Positions 19,924-30,310 are shown, counted from the stretch's first letter. The stretch: 55,452 nucleotides of DNA from Gemmatimonas sp. (GCA_044376625.1 JBILKP010000001.1:1-55452); one strand, 5' to 3'. Notes: generated by a model not told the origin, from the sequence alone. Made by a program: numbers and translations.

Positions 19924-22900
19924 ATGCAGGATCTCGGACGTCGTTGGTGGTTGCTCGCGACGCTCCTGGTCGCGGCGATCGCCGCGCCGATCACCACCGC
20001 CCAGGCCCAGACCGGCAAGTTGACCGGGGTGGTGACCGACGCGGAGTCCGGCAAGCCCGTCGAGGGCGTGGCCGTGGTGGTCCAGGGGACGACGCTTGGC
20101 GCCACCACCAATGCCAGCGGCCGCTACTTCATCATCCAGATTCCCCCCGGGACGTACAACGTCCAGGCGCGGCGGCTGGGGTACCAGGCGGTGACGGCTG
20201 CCAGCGTGCAGATCACCATCGACGCCACGCGCGAGCAGAACTTCAAGCTGCGCGCCTCCAACCAGACGCTGCAGGCGGTCACCGTGCAGGCCGAGGCGGC
20301 GCCGCTCATCGAGCGGAACCAGCTGGGGTCGTCGTCGGTGGTGACGGCGGAGCAGATCCAGTCGCTGCCGGTCACCAGCATCGCCGGCGTGCTGGCGCTG
20401 CAGCAGGGGTTCACCGAGGTGCCGAACAACACGTCGGTGATCTCGCTGGCCGAGGAGCAGCGGAGCACCACGCAGCCCATCCGGGTGCGCGGCGGGCGCG
20501 GCGGGTCGACGCTGTCGATGATCGACGGCGTGCCCATCAACAACCCGCTCTTCGGGAGCGACGCCGTCACGCTCAACGGCCTGGCGGTGCAGCAGGTGAA
20601 CTTCCAGCGCGGCGGCATGGACGCGGCGTACGGCAACGCGCTCTCCGGCGTGATCAACCAGGCGGTGCGCGAGGGGGGCTCGGAGGTGTCGGGCTCCATC
20701 GACTTCCAGAATTCGGCGCTGCCGGGGACGCTGTTCGGGACCGACAACGACCGGCTGCTGGGGCTCAACCTGCTCCGCGGCTACCTGTCGGGGCCGGTGC
20801 CGGGGACCAACGCCAAGGTGCGCTACGCGGTGTCGGGGCAGGTGCAGAGCCAGGCGGCCACGGTGCTGCGCTTCGATGACGACGTCTTCTCGGTGAACGG
20901 CCCCACGGAGCGGTCGGACGTGCTGCCGCCGTCGGCGCGCGACCTGACCAAGGGGTGGCAGGCCTTCGGCGGCAACCAGAACGCGCAGGTGGTGGGGAAG
21001 CTCACCTTCCTGCCGTTCGACAACACGACGATCAAGCTGACGGCGATCGGGAGCGAGCGGCAGACGCGGCGCTACGACCGCCGGCTGTTCTACAACTACC
21101 GGGGCGACCCGCTGCGGCTGGTGGGGAACCGGGCCGACTCGCTGTTCGTGCTGACCGACGGCGGCAACCGGCTGTCGGCGGACATGATGCAGCCGTCGGT
21201 GCGTGACGCGGGGCAGGTGTTCGTGGGGTCGCTGGAGCAGCGCTTCGGGCGCAGCAACCTGCAGGTGCGGGTGGCGCAGACCACCTTCGAGCGCGTGACC
21301 TGCCCGTACTTCCTGGGGACCTGCATCCCGGGGCCGTTCTTCCGCCCCAACTTCGACCAGAACTTCCTGAGCCCGTCCCCCGGCGTGGCCGGCGGGGACC
21401 GCATCCCCGACGCGGGCATCGTGGACGGCGTCTACGGCGGCGAGGAGTTCACCACCCGCACCTTCAAGGCGGACTTCCAGTCGCAGGTCACCGACCACAA
21501 CAACATCCAGCTGGGCGTCCAGTACATCCGGCACGACTTCACGTACCAGGATGTGGGGGCCTTCGGCTCCAACTCCGGCATCCAGCCGCTGATTGCGCAG
21601 GTGTACCGCGCCAAGCCGGTGGAGGCCGCGGGGTACCTGCAGAGCACCATCGAGTACGACTTCATCACGATCAAGCTGGGCGGCCGCTTCGACTGGGGGA
21701 ACGCGAAGGGGCAGGGGTTCACGGACCCGTTCAACCCGTCCAACGGGACCTCGGCGCGCGAGGTGTGCGACGGCGCCACGGTGGGCGGCAAGCGGCTGGT
21801 CAACGCGCAGGGGCAGCCCTACGGTGTGGCCGGGTGCGCGGCCGGGGCCGTCAACCCCAAGACGCAGCGCTCCATCCTGCTGGACAGCGCCGCGGCCATC
21901 GCGCAGCTGGACGACTTCTCGGCGTCGCGGGCGCGGACGGCCTTCTCGCCGCGCATCAACGTGGGCTTCCCGCTCACCGAGCGGTCGTCGGTGTTCTTCA
22001 ACGCGGGGCGCTACACCATGATCCCGCTGTACGGCAACGGCTACCGGAACACCGGCATCGGGACGGTGGCGGGGGCGGGGGACAACTACTGCGCGGCCAC
22101 GGCGGTGAAGCCGGGCACCACGGAGTGCGTCCCCAACATCAGCACCAACAACCCGGCGTTCGTGGGGAACCCCAACCTCCTGCTGGAGGAGGCGAAGCAG
22201 TACGAGGTGGGGTACATGTCGGAGCTGGGGCGGAACTACTCGGTGCAGGTGGCGGTGTTCAACCGCGCCGAGACGGGGCTGTCGGGGCTGCGCCCGAGCC
22301 GCGCCACGCAGGACATCGGCTCCACGTATGACGGGTCGCTGCCGCAGTACACCGTGCTGGTGAACGGCGACTTCCTGACGTCGCGCGGGGTGGAGGTGCA
22401 GTTCCGCCGGCGCGTGGCGGACGGGTGGGGGTACGACGTGAACTTCGGGATGTCGCGCGCCACCACCAACTCGCGCCCGCCCGACCGCGCCAACGAGATC
22501 GAGCGCACCGACGAGTCCAATCGCCAGCAGCTGCTGGAGACGGTGGCGGACATCGACCAGACGTACCGGGTCAACACGTCGGTGTTCCTGCAGGCGCGGG
22601 AGAACGTCCCCACGCTGCCGTTCAACGCGGGGCGCCTGCTGAAGAACTCGCGGGCCACGCTGACGTTCAGCCAGGTGGCGGGGATCCCCTACACCCCGAT
22701 CCGGGCGGCGTCGTTCGGGACGGTGGGGAACATCGCCAACGCGGCGGACATCAACTCGGGGCGGCAGCCGAGCACCTCGCAGGTGGACCTGCTGCTGGAC
22801 AAGGGGTTCCGGATCGGCGCGGTGCGCTACTCGGGGTTCCTGCGGGTGTCCAACCTGTTCGACCGGAAGAACTGCGTGCAGGTGTTCGTGAACACCGGCA

Positions 22901-23040
22901 CCTGCGACGCCGGGCTGCGCGACTTCAACAACCGGCGCGTCGGCAACACGGGCGACGCGACGACCTCCACGGCCTTCGACCAGCCCGAGTTCATCGGCGC
23001 GCGCCGCAGCATCGCCACGGGTATCACGGTCAACTTCTGA
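19924..23040 (+). CDS. TonB-dependent receptor with N-terminal carboxypeptidase-regulatory-like domain (non-SusC type)
   Basis: GGAGGAG RBS and signal peptide. GKLTGVVTDAESGKP domain, plug RVRGGR..IDGVP..GGMDAAYGNALSGVIN, FSPRINVGFP, GNPNL, VSNLFD, and C-terminal F. Confidence 0.93.
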   Translation: MQDLGRRWWLLATLLVAAIAAPITTAQAQTGKLTGVVTDAESGKPVEGVAVVVQGTTLGATTNASGRYFIIQIPPGTYNVQARRLGYQAVTAASVQITIDATREQNFKLRASNQTLQAVTVQAEAAPLIERNQLGSSSVVTAEQIQSLPVTSIAGVLALQQGFTEVPNNTSVISLAEEQRSTTQPIRVRGGRGGSTLSMIDGVPINNPLFGSDAVTLNGLAVQQVNFQRGGMDAAYGNALSGVINQAVREGGSEVSGSIDFQNSALPGTLFGTDNDRLLGLNLLRGYLSGPVPGTNAKVRYAVSGQVQSQAATVLRFDDDVFSVNGPTERSDVLPPSARDLTKGWQAFGGNQNAQVVGKLTFLPFDNTTIKLTAIGSERQTRRYDRRLFYNYRGDPLRLVGNRADSLFVLTDGGNRLSADMMQPSVRDAGQVFVGSLEQRFGRSNLQVRVAQTTFERVTCPYFLGTCIPGPFFRPNFDQNFLSPSPGVAGGDRIPDAGIVDGVYGGEEFTTRTFKADFQSQVTDHNNIQLGVQYIRHDFTYQDVGAFGSNSGIQPLIAQVYRAKPVEAAGYLQSTIEYDFITIKLGGRFDWGNAKGQGFTDPFNPSNGTSAREVCDGATVGGKRLVNAQGQPYGVAGCAAGAVNPKTQRSILLDSAAAIAQLDDFSASRARTAFSPRINVGFPLTERSSVFFNAGRYTMIPLYGNGYRNTGIGTVAGAGDNYCAATAVKPGTTECVPNISTNNPAFVGNPNLLLEEAKQYEVGYMSELGRNYSVQVAVFNRAETGLSGLRPSRATQDIGSTYDGSLPQYTVLVNGDFLTSRGVEVQFRRRVADGWGYDVNFGMSRATTNSRPPDRANEIERTDESNRQQLLETVADIDQTYRVNTSVFLQARENVPTLPFNAGRLLKNSRATLTFSQVAGIPYTPIRAASFGTVGNIANAADINSGRQPSTSQVDLLLDKGFRIGAVRYSGFLRVSNLFDRKNCVQVFVNTGTCDAGLRDFNNRRVGNTGDATTSTAFDQPEFIGARRSIATGITVNF

Positions 23041-26000
23041 TGATGATGAACTTTCCGATCATGTCCCTCCTCTCTCGCCTGCCCCGCCTGCGCCGTCGCG
23101 CGCTCGCCGCGCTGGGCGCGGTGGCCGGCGGCGGGGTGCTCGCGGCGTCGCCGGCGCTGGCCGGCGCGCAGCGGGTGGCCCCCGCGCAGGTCTCCACCAT
23201 GGACAGCGTGATGGCCGACGGCCGGGTGAAGGCCATCCCGATCCGCAGCACGCGCGCCTTCGACCTGTACGCCGCCGAGGACCTCGCGGGCGGCTCGCTC
23301 CGCATGAGCGGCGGCTTCCGGGCCGGCGTCACCAACCAGGGCGGCCCCAACTCCGAGAACCAGGGGTCCACCTTCATCAACAATCACCTCTACGGCAGCG
23401 GCGCCGGCTACGTGTTCTTCGAGATGGGCTTCGTGGCGGGGGCCCCGCCGTCGGAGTTCCGGAAGATCCGCGCCGTGCACCCCGGGGTGAACAACATGGC
23501 CGGCTCGCTGGGGTACACCACGCACTACTGGCAGGTGCTGGTGCCCCCCCAGATCCGGCGCATCGGCTCCGCCGACGGCCAGTTCGGCAAGGCGTTCTCC
23601 GGCGTGACCTCGGCGTTCAACAGCTCCTGCCGCGACGACGCCCGCTTCCTGCGCGAGGGGTTCTCGCTGATGGCCATGAAGGACTGCCCCGAGACCTGGG
23701 GCTCGCAGGGGTTCGACGGCAAGCGCGCCATCGCCGACTCGGTGTGGCTCAACAGCTTCAACGCCAACCGGGCCGGCTTCCGGTGGGATGACTGGAAGAT
23801 CAGCCGCAGCCGGGTGGACCAGACGGCCTACATCGGCACGCAGTCGCTGTACGGCTTCATGAGCGACTACTACCGCGAGCAGAAGCTCCGCTACGGCTCG
23901 GTGGTCCCCGGCGGCTCCGGCGCGCCGGTGGACCCGGGCTACCCGCTGGGGCTGGAGATGCGGATCGATTCGTGGCAGTTCGCCGCGCCGGCCACCCGCA
24001 ACACCCAGTTCTACCAGGTGCAGATGGTCAACAAGTCGGCCGACGTGTACGGCACCGGCGTCGACTACGACTCGCTGTACTTCGGCCTCGGCCCGGGCTT
24101 CCTCCTGGGCGGCGTGGGCGGGCAGAATGCCGCGGTGTACTTCGACTGGTCGCGGAACACCATGTTCGCCACCAAGGCCAACACGTCGGGGAACTGCTCC
24201 AGCACCTATCCGCGCCCGTACACCGGCGCCGGCGTGCAGGCGTGCCCCAACAACTCGGCCTTTGCGGTGGGCGTCTATACCATCACGCTCCTCAAGTCGC
24301 CCCTCGGCGACATGCGCAACAAGCTGTTCAGCAACGCGGCCTCGCCGTACTTCAACCCCGGCAGCCCGCTGGCCGACGACACCATCACGTTCAACCACGC
24401 CAAGGCCAACTCGTTCGGGCAGACCTCCCAGAATATCAACCGCTCCATGCGGTCCGGGTTCGGGATGGTCTCCTCCACCGAGGCCAACTACTTCGACGGG
24501 CGCAACCCGTCGGACTTCACGCTGGCGAACTACGTCACGCTGGTCCAGCCCGAGGAGTGGAGCGGCACCTACCCGTCGCTCGAGAACGCCAAGTTCAACA
24601 AGTTCATCCCCGGCACACAGGTCAACCCGCTCACCGGGCAGGCGTACGGGAAGTGGGACTACAACAACGACGGGGTGCAGGACACCATCTTCGTCCCCAC
24701 CTGCGGGCGGCAGGGGTGCGCGGCCACCTACTCCGACACCATCGCCGGCGGCTTCCGCAACAACTTCGGCAACATCCTGAACACGGTGTCGGCCGGCCCC
24801 TTCCGGCTGCGCAGCAACGACACCACGCAGTTCCTCTTCGCCTTCTCGTGGGCGCCGGACTCCATCCAGATCCGGCAGGCGGTGGACGGGGCGATCAACA
24901 GCTACATGACCAACTACGAGGGGCCGCAGCCCTTTGCGTACCCCACCATCGCGGCGGGGAAGAGCTACTCCATCAGCTCCGCCGAGCTGGTCGACTCCAC
25001 GCGCTTCGGCATCGCCGACGCCAGCGTGGGGACGCAGGTGACCATCCGGTACCCGCAGATCAACCCGGTGGACCCGTACATGGTCCGGCTGGTGAACAAG
25101 GTGCGCAACGACTCCATCGCGGGTGACCCGGCGGTGCGGCGCATCCTGCGCCTCAACCCCGGGCTGCTGGGGCGCCTCTCGGCGCGCGCCAACGACAACC
25201 TGGCGGCGGTGTATGTCTTCAAGTCGTGCGATGGCGGCGTGACCTTCACCACCACCAGCGGCAACACGGCCACCTGCGTGGGCGCCCCCACGCGCACCAT
25301 CGATGCCGGCACGCAGGCGTTCGCGTGGCGGCCGTGGACCTCGGTGACCTACGCCGGCGGCATCCCCGCTACCGGGTCGGTGTCGGAGTTCGTGCAGGCG
25401 GGGCGCACCTACACCTACGCCTTCGTCACCCGGTCGCGCGGCTTCTCCGACTTCCGCATCGTCGACTCCACGGCCTCCGGCTTCGTGGCCACCGACGTGC
25501 AGAACACGCTGGGCTTCCCGCTCGACACCATCAATTCGGCGCTGGCCACCTCCGGGCCGTCGGCCATGCAGGTGTACGCCCCCATCACCAACGTCGCCGG
25601 GCGGCAGTTCGCCCGCATCGACACGGCCACGCTGGCCGGGGCGGCCACGCAGTCGCTGGTGTACGGGTCGGTGTCCAACGACATCACCGGCACCTCGCGC
25701 CTGGTGTTCGCCAACCAGATCATCGTGCGCAAGACGGTGGACACGGTGACCTCGGCGGCCACCACCACGATCAACGCACGGTGGGTGCTCCCCAGCGCCA
25801 GCCCGTCGGCGGCGGGCCCGGGCGCCCCGAACTTCGTGGCCCGCGACCAGGCCTTCACGGCCAACGCCAACATCCCGGTGCGCAACGGGACGGCGTTCGT
25901 CGCCGGCACCCCCCGGGGCACCAGCGGCTCGGCGCGCGTCTTCATCGACACCATCGCCAGCCCGGCCACCCACCCCGGCTTCGTCTGGGTCACCGGTGAC

Positions 26001-27347
26001 AACCGGCCGATCTTCGCGATCAACGACATGTACCAGGCCAACCGGGAGCGCGACCAGCAGACGTCGCCCCTGTATCCCGGCTACACCGTCATCCCGCGCG
26101 ATACGGCCAACGCCGCCAACGGCTTCCTCCAGGAGCTGGTCGAGGCCTCGGGGGCGGTGCGCGACCGCAACTTCGTGATCCGCAAGCCCGGCGACACCCT
26201 CTCCACCAACGCCCGGCAGTTCGCGCCGCAGGTGCAGGCGGTCAACATCGCCGGCTCCAAGCGCACCAAGGGCGGCCGGTACGAGCTGTCCTGGCTCACC
26301 GACCCGTGGGGGAGCAAGGCGCCCTTCACGCTGGACCCGGTGGCCAGCCTGCAGGGGACGGTGGCCAGCTCGCTGCAGGAGGTGGCGGCCAAGGCCACGA
26401 CCCTCACCGAGACCTCGGCGGCGGTGGGCGCGCTGGTGGGCGCCACCACGGCCCGCCCGCTGCAGCGGGTGCGCGTCCCCTTCACCATGACCTACACCGA
26501 CACCGAGGGGCGCTCCGAGCCGGTCCGGTTCGCCATGCTGGCCCGCCAGCAGGGGAACACCCGCCTCATCGGGTCCGGGAACGACACGGTCCGCGTGACC
26601 GTCCCCGACAGCCTCTGGCTGCCGGGGGACACGCTGATCGCCCTGCACAAGGTGGAGCGTGACTCCACCGTGGGGACGGGCGCGGCCCGCTTCACCGTGG
26701 TCACCACCGACGGCGGCAACGCCTGGCGCCCGGTGCCGGTGCGCGTCGACTCCATCGGCCTCAACCGGTTCCTCGTGGCGTGCAACAGCGGGACCGCGGC
26801 CTCCGGGGTGCGCCCCACCGGTGACGCCCTCACCTGCAACCCGCTCAAGATCCTCTCGCGCGGCGCCACCACCGGCGGTGGCTACCTCCCGGTGGAGACC
26901 GGGTGGAAGCAGGTGTTCGAGCTCGGGCGCGCCTTCGACGCCCGTTCCGAGATCCAGCTGCGCGCCACCCCCTTCACCACCAAGGCGGCGCTCACCGCGG
27001 CCGACCTCGGGCGCGTGTCGGTGGTCCCCAACCCGTACATCGTCCGCGCCGACTTCGACCAGCTCCAGGGACGCACCCCCACCTCCCGGATCTTCTTCAC
27101 CGGGGTCCCCGAGCAGGGCGTGATTCGCATCTACTCGGTCTCCGGGCAGTTCCTGCAGGAGCTGACCTGGAAGAAGAGCGACCTGGTGTACTCCGGGAAC
27201 AACACCGCGAGCGGCGACCTCCCCTTCAACCTCCGCACGCGCGAGGGGCTGGAGATGGGATCGGGGCTCTACCTCTTCGTGCTGACCGCCACCGGCGACG
27301 CCGGGAAGGACCAGGTCCAGCGCGGCAAGTTCGTGATCATCCGTTAA
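23040..27347 (+). CDS. Large (~1430 aa) secreted protein with a T9SS type-A-like C-terminal sorting domain
   Basis: Signal peptide ending AGA-Q. C-terminus VSVVPNPY..RIFFTGVP..IRIYSVSGQFL..FNLRTREG..GSGLYLFVL..GKFVIIR. Start lies between 23040 and 23061. Confidence 0.85.
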   Translation: MMMNFPIMSLLSRLPRLRRRALAALGAVAGGGVLAASPALAGAQRVAPAQVSTMDSVMADGRVKAIPIRSTRAFDLYAAEDLAGGSLRMSGGFRAGVTNQGGPNSENQGSTFINNHLYGSGAGYVFFEMGFVAGAPPSEFRKIRAVHPGVNNMAGSLGYTTHYWQVLVPPQIRRIGSADGQFGKAFSGVTSAFNSSCRDDARFLREGFSLMAMKDCPETWGSQGFDGKRAIADSVWLNSFNANRAGFRWDDWKISRSRVDQTAYIGTQSLYGFMSDYYREQKLRYGSVVPGGSGAPVDPGYPLGLEMRIDSWQFAAPATRNTQFYQVQMVNKSADVYGTGVDYDSLYFGLGPGFLLGGVGGQNAAVYFDWSRNTMFATKANTSGNCSSTYPRPYTGAGVQACPNNSAFAVGVYTITLLKSPLGDMRNKLFSNAASPYFNPGSPLADDTITFNHAKANSFGQTSQNINRSMRSGFGMVSSTEANYFDGRNPSDFTLANYVTLVQPEEWSGTYPSLENAKFNKFIPGTQVNPLTGQAYGKWDYNNDGVQDTIFVPTCGRQGCAATYSDTIAGGFRNNFGNILNTVSAGPFRLRSNDTTQFLFAFSWAPDSIQIRQAVDGAINSYMTNYEGPQPFAYPTIAAGKSYSISSAELVDSTRFGIADASVGTQVTIRYPQINPVDPYMVRLVNKVRNDSIAGDPAVRRILRLNPGLLGRLSARANDNLAAVYVFKSCDGGVTFTTTSGNTATCVGAPTRTIDAGTQAFAWRPWTSVTYAGGIPATGSVSEFVQAGRTYTYAFVTRSRGFSDFRIVDSTASGFVATDVQNTLGFPLDTINSALATSGPSAMQVYAPITNVAGRQFARIDTATLAGAATQSLVYGSVSNDITGTSRLVFANQIIVRKTVDTVTSAATTTINARWVLPSASPSAAGPGAPNFVARDQAFTANANIPVRNGTAFVAGTPRGTSGSARVFIDTIASPATHPGFVWVTGDNRPIFAINDMYQANRERDQQTSPLYPGYTVIPRDTANAANGFLQELVEASGAVRDRNFVIRKPGDTLSTNARQFAPQVQAVNIAGSKRTKGGRYELSWLTDPWGSKAPFTLDPVASLQGTVASSLQEVAAKATTLTETSAAVGALVGATTARPLQRVRVPFTMTYTDTEGRSEPVRFAMLARQQGNTRLIGSGNDTVRVTVPDSLWLPGDTLIALHKVERDSTVGTGAARFTVVTTDGGNAWRPVPVRVDSIGLNRFLVACNSGTAASGVRPTGDALTCNPLKILSRGATTGGGYLPVETGWKQVFELGRAFDARSEIQLRATPFTTKAALTAADLGRVSVVPNPYIVRADFDQLQGRTPTSRIFFTGVPEQGVIRIYSVSGQFLQELTWKKSDLVYSGNNTASGDLPFNLRTREGLEMGSGLYLFVLTATGDAGKDQVQRGKFVIIR

Positions 27348-27357
27348 CGGAGCGGCG

Positions 27358-28464
27358 ATGCGCATCCTTCACTCCCTCGGCGCCGTGGGCGCCGCCACCC
27401 TGCTCCTGGGCGCCTCGCTGCGCGCCCAGGGGCCCGGGGGGATCCTCCCCACGCCGCAGGACTCCCCCAACCGGCAGGGGACCCGCGGCGCCAACTTCCT
27501 CCACATCGGCATCGGCGCCCGCGGCGGCGCGATGGCCGGCGCCATCGGCAGCTCGGTGAGCGGTCCCACCGCCTGGTACTGGAACCCGGCCGGCGCGTCC
27601 ACCGTGGAGTCGTTCGCCATGGTGGCGGGGCGCCAGAACCTGTATGGCGACCTCGGGCTGGGGCAGACCTACGCGGCCGCCGCCATTCCGCTCTTGGGCG
27701 GCGTGGTGGGTGTCCACCTCAACACCCTGGGCTCCGGTCCCATCAAGCGCACCACCGAGGCCAACCCATTCGGCGAGCGCCTGGGCGGCAACACCTTCGA
27801 GTGGAACTCCACGGTGGCTGGCCTGGGCTACGCGCGGCGCCTCACCGACCGCCTCCAGGTCGGCGCGCAGGTCAAGTACGTGGCGGAAGGGATCACCGAC
27901 GCCTCCACCAGCTGGGTGGCCGGCGACATCGGGACCCAGTTCAACACCGGGCTCTTCGGCCTCACCCTGGGCGGCGCCATCCAGAACATCGGCGGCCAGG
28001 CGCGCGCCTCCGGCGCCCTCATCCAGCGCACCGTCACCACCAGCGACGGGTCGGTGTTCAACGAGACGCGCCGCGTCTCGCTGTTCACCCGCGAGACCGA
28101 GCTCCCCGTGGAGTTCCGCCTGTCGGTGGGCTCCGACCTGCTGGGGAGCGCCAACTCGCTCTTCGGCGGCGCCAAGGGGAACAGCACCCTCAACGCCGAG
28201 CTCTCGGTCACCGACGCCACCGACTACTCCACGCAGTACGCCATCGGCGCGGAGTACGGCTACCGCAACCTCCTCTTCCTCCGCGGCGGCAAGCGCTTCT
28301 ACAACGACGACCGCGACCGCGGGGACGTGGGCACGGTGGGGCTGGCCGGCGGCTTCGGCCTCCGCCTCCCGGTGAAGGGGCGCAGCATCCGCTTCGACTA
28401 CTCGTACGAGGCGGCGGGCGCCCTCCAGAACATCCAGATCTTCTCCTTCGAGGTGGGTCGATGA
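27358..28464 (+). CDS. PorV/PorQ-family (FadL-like) outer-membrane barrel
   Basis: Signal peptide, hallmark N-terminal GANFLHIGIGARGGAMAGA and WYWNPAG, then DIG..F, GAEY..LFLRGG, and C-terminal FDYSY..IFSFE. Confidence 0.88.
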   Translation: MRILHSLGAVGAATLLLGASLRAQGPGGILPTPQDSPNRQGTRGANFLHIGIGARGGAMAGAIGSSVSGPTAWYWNPAGASTVESFAMVAGRQNLYGDLGLGQTYAAAAIPLLGGVVGVHLNTLGSGPIKRTTEANPFGERLGGNTFEWNSTVAGLGYARRLTDRLQVGAQVKYVAEGITDASTSWVAGDIGTQFNTGLFGLTLGGAIQNIGGQARASGALIQRTVTTSDGSVFNETRRVSLFTRETELPVEFRLSVGSDLLGSANSLFGGAKGNSTLNAELSVTDATDYSTQYAIGAEYGYRNLLFLRGGKRFYNDDRDRGDVGTVGLAGGFGLRLPVKGRSIRFDYSYEAAGALQNIQIFSFEVGR

Positions 28465-29159
28465 ACCGCGTGCTCCGCTCCCTCGCGCTTCTGGCCGTCT
28501 CGGCCGGCGCCCTGGGCGCGCAGGTCGCCAACCGCCAGTTCTCGGTGACCACGCGCCTCGGCACCATCACCCCCGAGCGCTCCGCCTCGTTGGAGGCAAC
28601 CGCACTCATCGGTCTGGATACCGAGTACAGCCTGACCAAGTACTTCGGTGTCGGCACCAGCATTGACGTCTCCCGCGGCTACTCCACCAAGGAAGACTTC
28701 CTCACCCGCCTTCGCTACGGCAACGCCGGCACCGCCAGCGGCGACTCCATCTACTACCAGTACGTGGGGCAGCCGGTGGGGGTGATCAACGTGAGCGGGT
28801 GGGCGCTGGCCCGGTACCCGGGCAAGCGCCTCAGCCCGTACGTCATGGGCGGCGTGGGGAACTACACCATGGTGCTGGACGCCCAGGTCATGGGGCGCTC
28901 CACCCGCGCCAACGCGCTCTCCTACACCGGCGGCGCCGGCGTGTGGGTCAAGCTGGGGGACAAGGTGGGGGTGCAGCTCGACGCCCGCTCGGTCACCTAC
29001 ACCAACTACAACCGCGACATCCTGAACCCGGCGCTCGGGCGCCCCGAGCTGGCCACGCCGTTCCCCGAGGACTTCCCGGTGGCCCCGGCCAAGAAGAACT
29101 CGGCGATGAACACCGTGCTCACCCTGGGGTTCCGCTACCTCCCCGGCGGGGGGAACTGA
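28461..29159 (+). CDS. Small outer-membrane beta-barrel protein (OmpA/OmpW-like)
   Basis: ATGA overlap with the PorV-like gene, signal peptide, LSPYVMGGVG, YTGGAGV, and C-terminal TLGFRY. Confidence 0.75.
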   Translation: MNRVLRSLALLAVSAGALGAQVANRQFSVTTRLGTITPERSASLEATALIGLDTEYSLTKYFGVGTSIDVSRGYSTKEDFLTRLRYGNAGTASGDSIYYQYVGQPVGVINVSGWALARYPGKRLSPYVMGGVGNYTMVLDAQVMGRSTRANALSYTGGAGVWVKLGDKVGVQLDARSVTYTNYNRDILNPALGRPELATPFPEDFPVAPAKKNSAMNTVLTLGFRYLPGGGN

Positions 29160-29162
29160 CCC

Positions 29163-30287
29163 ATGCCTTCCATGCGAAATCTCTCCGTCGGCATCGTCGC
29201 GCTGGCCGCCCTGGCCGCCGCCGCGTGCGGTGACGAGCGCTCCGTCACCTCCGAGCCGGTGGGGGCGCTGGGCTTCGGCATCAACTTCGCCCGCACCGCC
29301 ACCAACCTCCCGCGCGGCACGGTGACCTTCCCGGGCACTGTCACCGCCACCGGGGCGGCGCCCGCCACCGACTCCGTGGTCCTGCTGCTGGCCGGGCTCG
29401 ACTCCCTCACCACCGGCAGCTACGTGGTGTGGGCGGCCAACGACTCCGCCACCAAGTTCGCCAAGCTGGAGGCGTTCACAGTGTCGGTGACCCGCCTCGA
29501 CTCCACCGTCAACGCGCTGGGGGACCCGGTCTTCACCCCCACCACCACCGTGCGCACCGGGCAGACCGCCCTGCGCACCGGCGGTTCCAACTTCACCTTC
29601 CGTATCGCGGCCCCCCGCAGCGCATTCGCCGCGCTGGCCGCCACGGACTCGCTCACCACGGTGCTGGTCTCGCAGGAGGCCAACACCGGCGTGGCCACGC
29701 CGGGTGAGGTGCGGTTCCTCTGGGCGCGGCGCAGCCAGGCCAATGCGTCCCGCGTGGCGGCCGTCCGCTTCGGGACCTTCGGGCGCGGCATCCCGGCGGC
29801 GGCCAACGCCGGCAACCCGGCGGCCAACCAGGAGTTCACGGTGGCTACCAACGGCGCCATGACCATCGTCCCGCGCGGGCGCGTGGAGGTGCGCGGCAAG
29901 ATCATGGTGCTCAACGACTCCAATTACTTCCGTCCGCCGGTGGGCTACTACTACAACGCCTACGCGGTCAAGTATGACACCACCGGCAAGTTTGCGGATA
30001 CGGTGTATCTCGGGCGCCGCACCTCGCCGTACCCCGAGCGCATCTCGCTGTTCGAGGCGGACAAGACCAACCCGGCCCCCACGGCGGTGTTCGACGCCCC
30101 GCGCGTGATCTTCGCCATGGCCACGCGGGTGTCCACCGACACCATCGCCAAGGCCAACACCACCCCGGCGTGGCTCAACTTCGGCGAGGTTCGCGTGAAC
30201 CTGCAGTCCAAGCTGTCGGCCGAAGGGCGCATGGGCCCCAACACCGTCATGCAGGCCTTCCTCCCCAAGTCGGTGCGCGGCCGGTAA
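29163..30287 (+). CDS. Beta-rich lipoprotein of unknown function
   Basis: Lipobox LAAAAC. Thr/Ala/Val-rich, and last gene of the operon. Confidence 0.8.
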   Translation: MPSMRNLSVGIVALAALAAAACGDERSVTSEPVGALGFGINFARTATNLPRGTVTFPGTVTATGAAPATDSVVLLLAGLDSLTTGSYVVWAANDSATKFAKLEAFTVSVTRLDSTVNALGDPVFTPTTTVRTGQTALRTGGSNFTFRIAAPRSAFAALAATDSLTTVLVSQEANTGVATPGEVRFLWARRSQANASRVAAVRFGTFGRGIPAAANAGNPAANQEFTVATNGAMTIVPRGRVEVRGKIMVLNDSNYFRPPVGYYYNAYAVKYDTTGKFADTVYLGRRTSPYPERISLFEADKTNPAPTAVFDAPRVIFAMATRVSTDTIAKANTTPAWLNFGEVRVNLQSKLSAEGRMGPNTVMQAFLPKSVRGR

Positions 30288-30310
30288 GCGGTCCGCTTCT
30301 CACGGGTGGC

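Noticed and set aside
23061-23170. Tat signal (LRRRAL) on the CTD cargo protein
   Set aside because: It lacks the S/T-R-R-x-F-L consensus, and Arg-rich n-regions are common in the other signal peptides here. Sec export is at least as likely.
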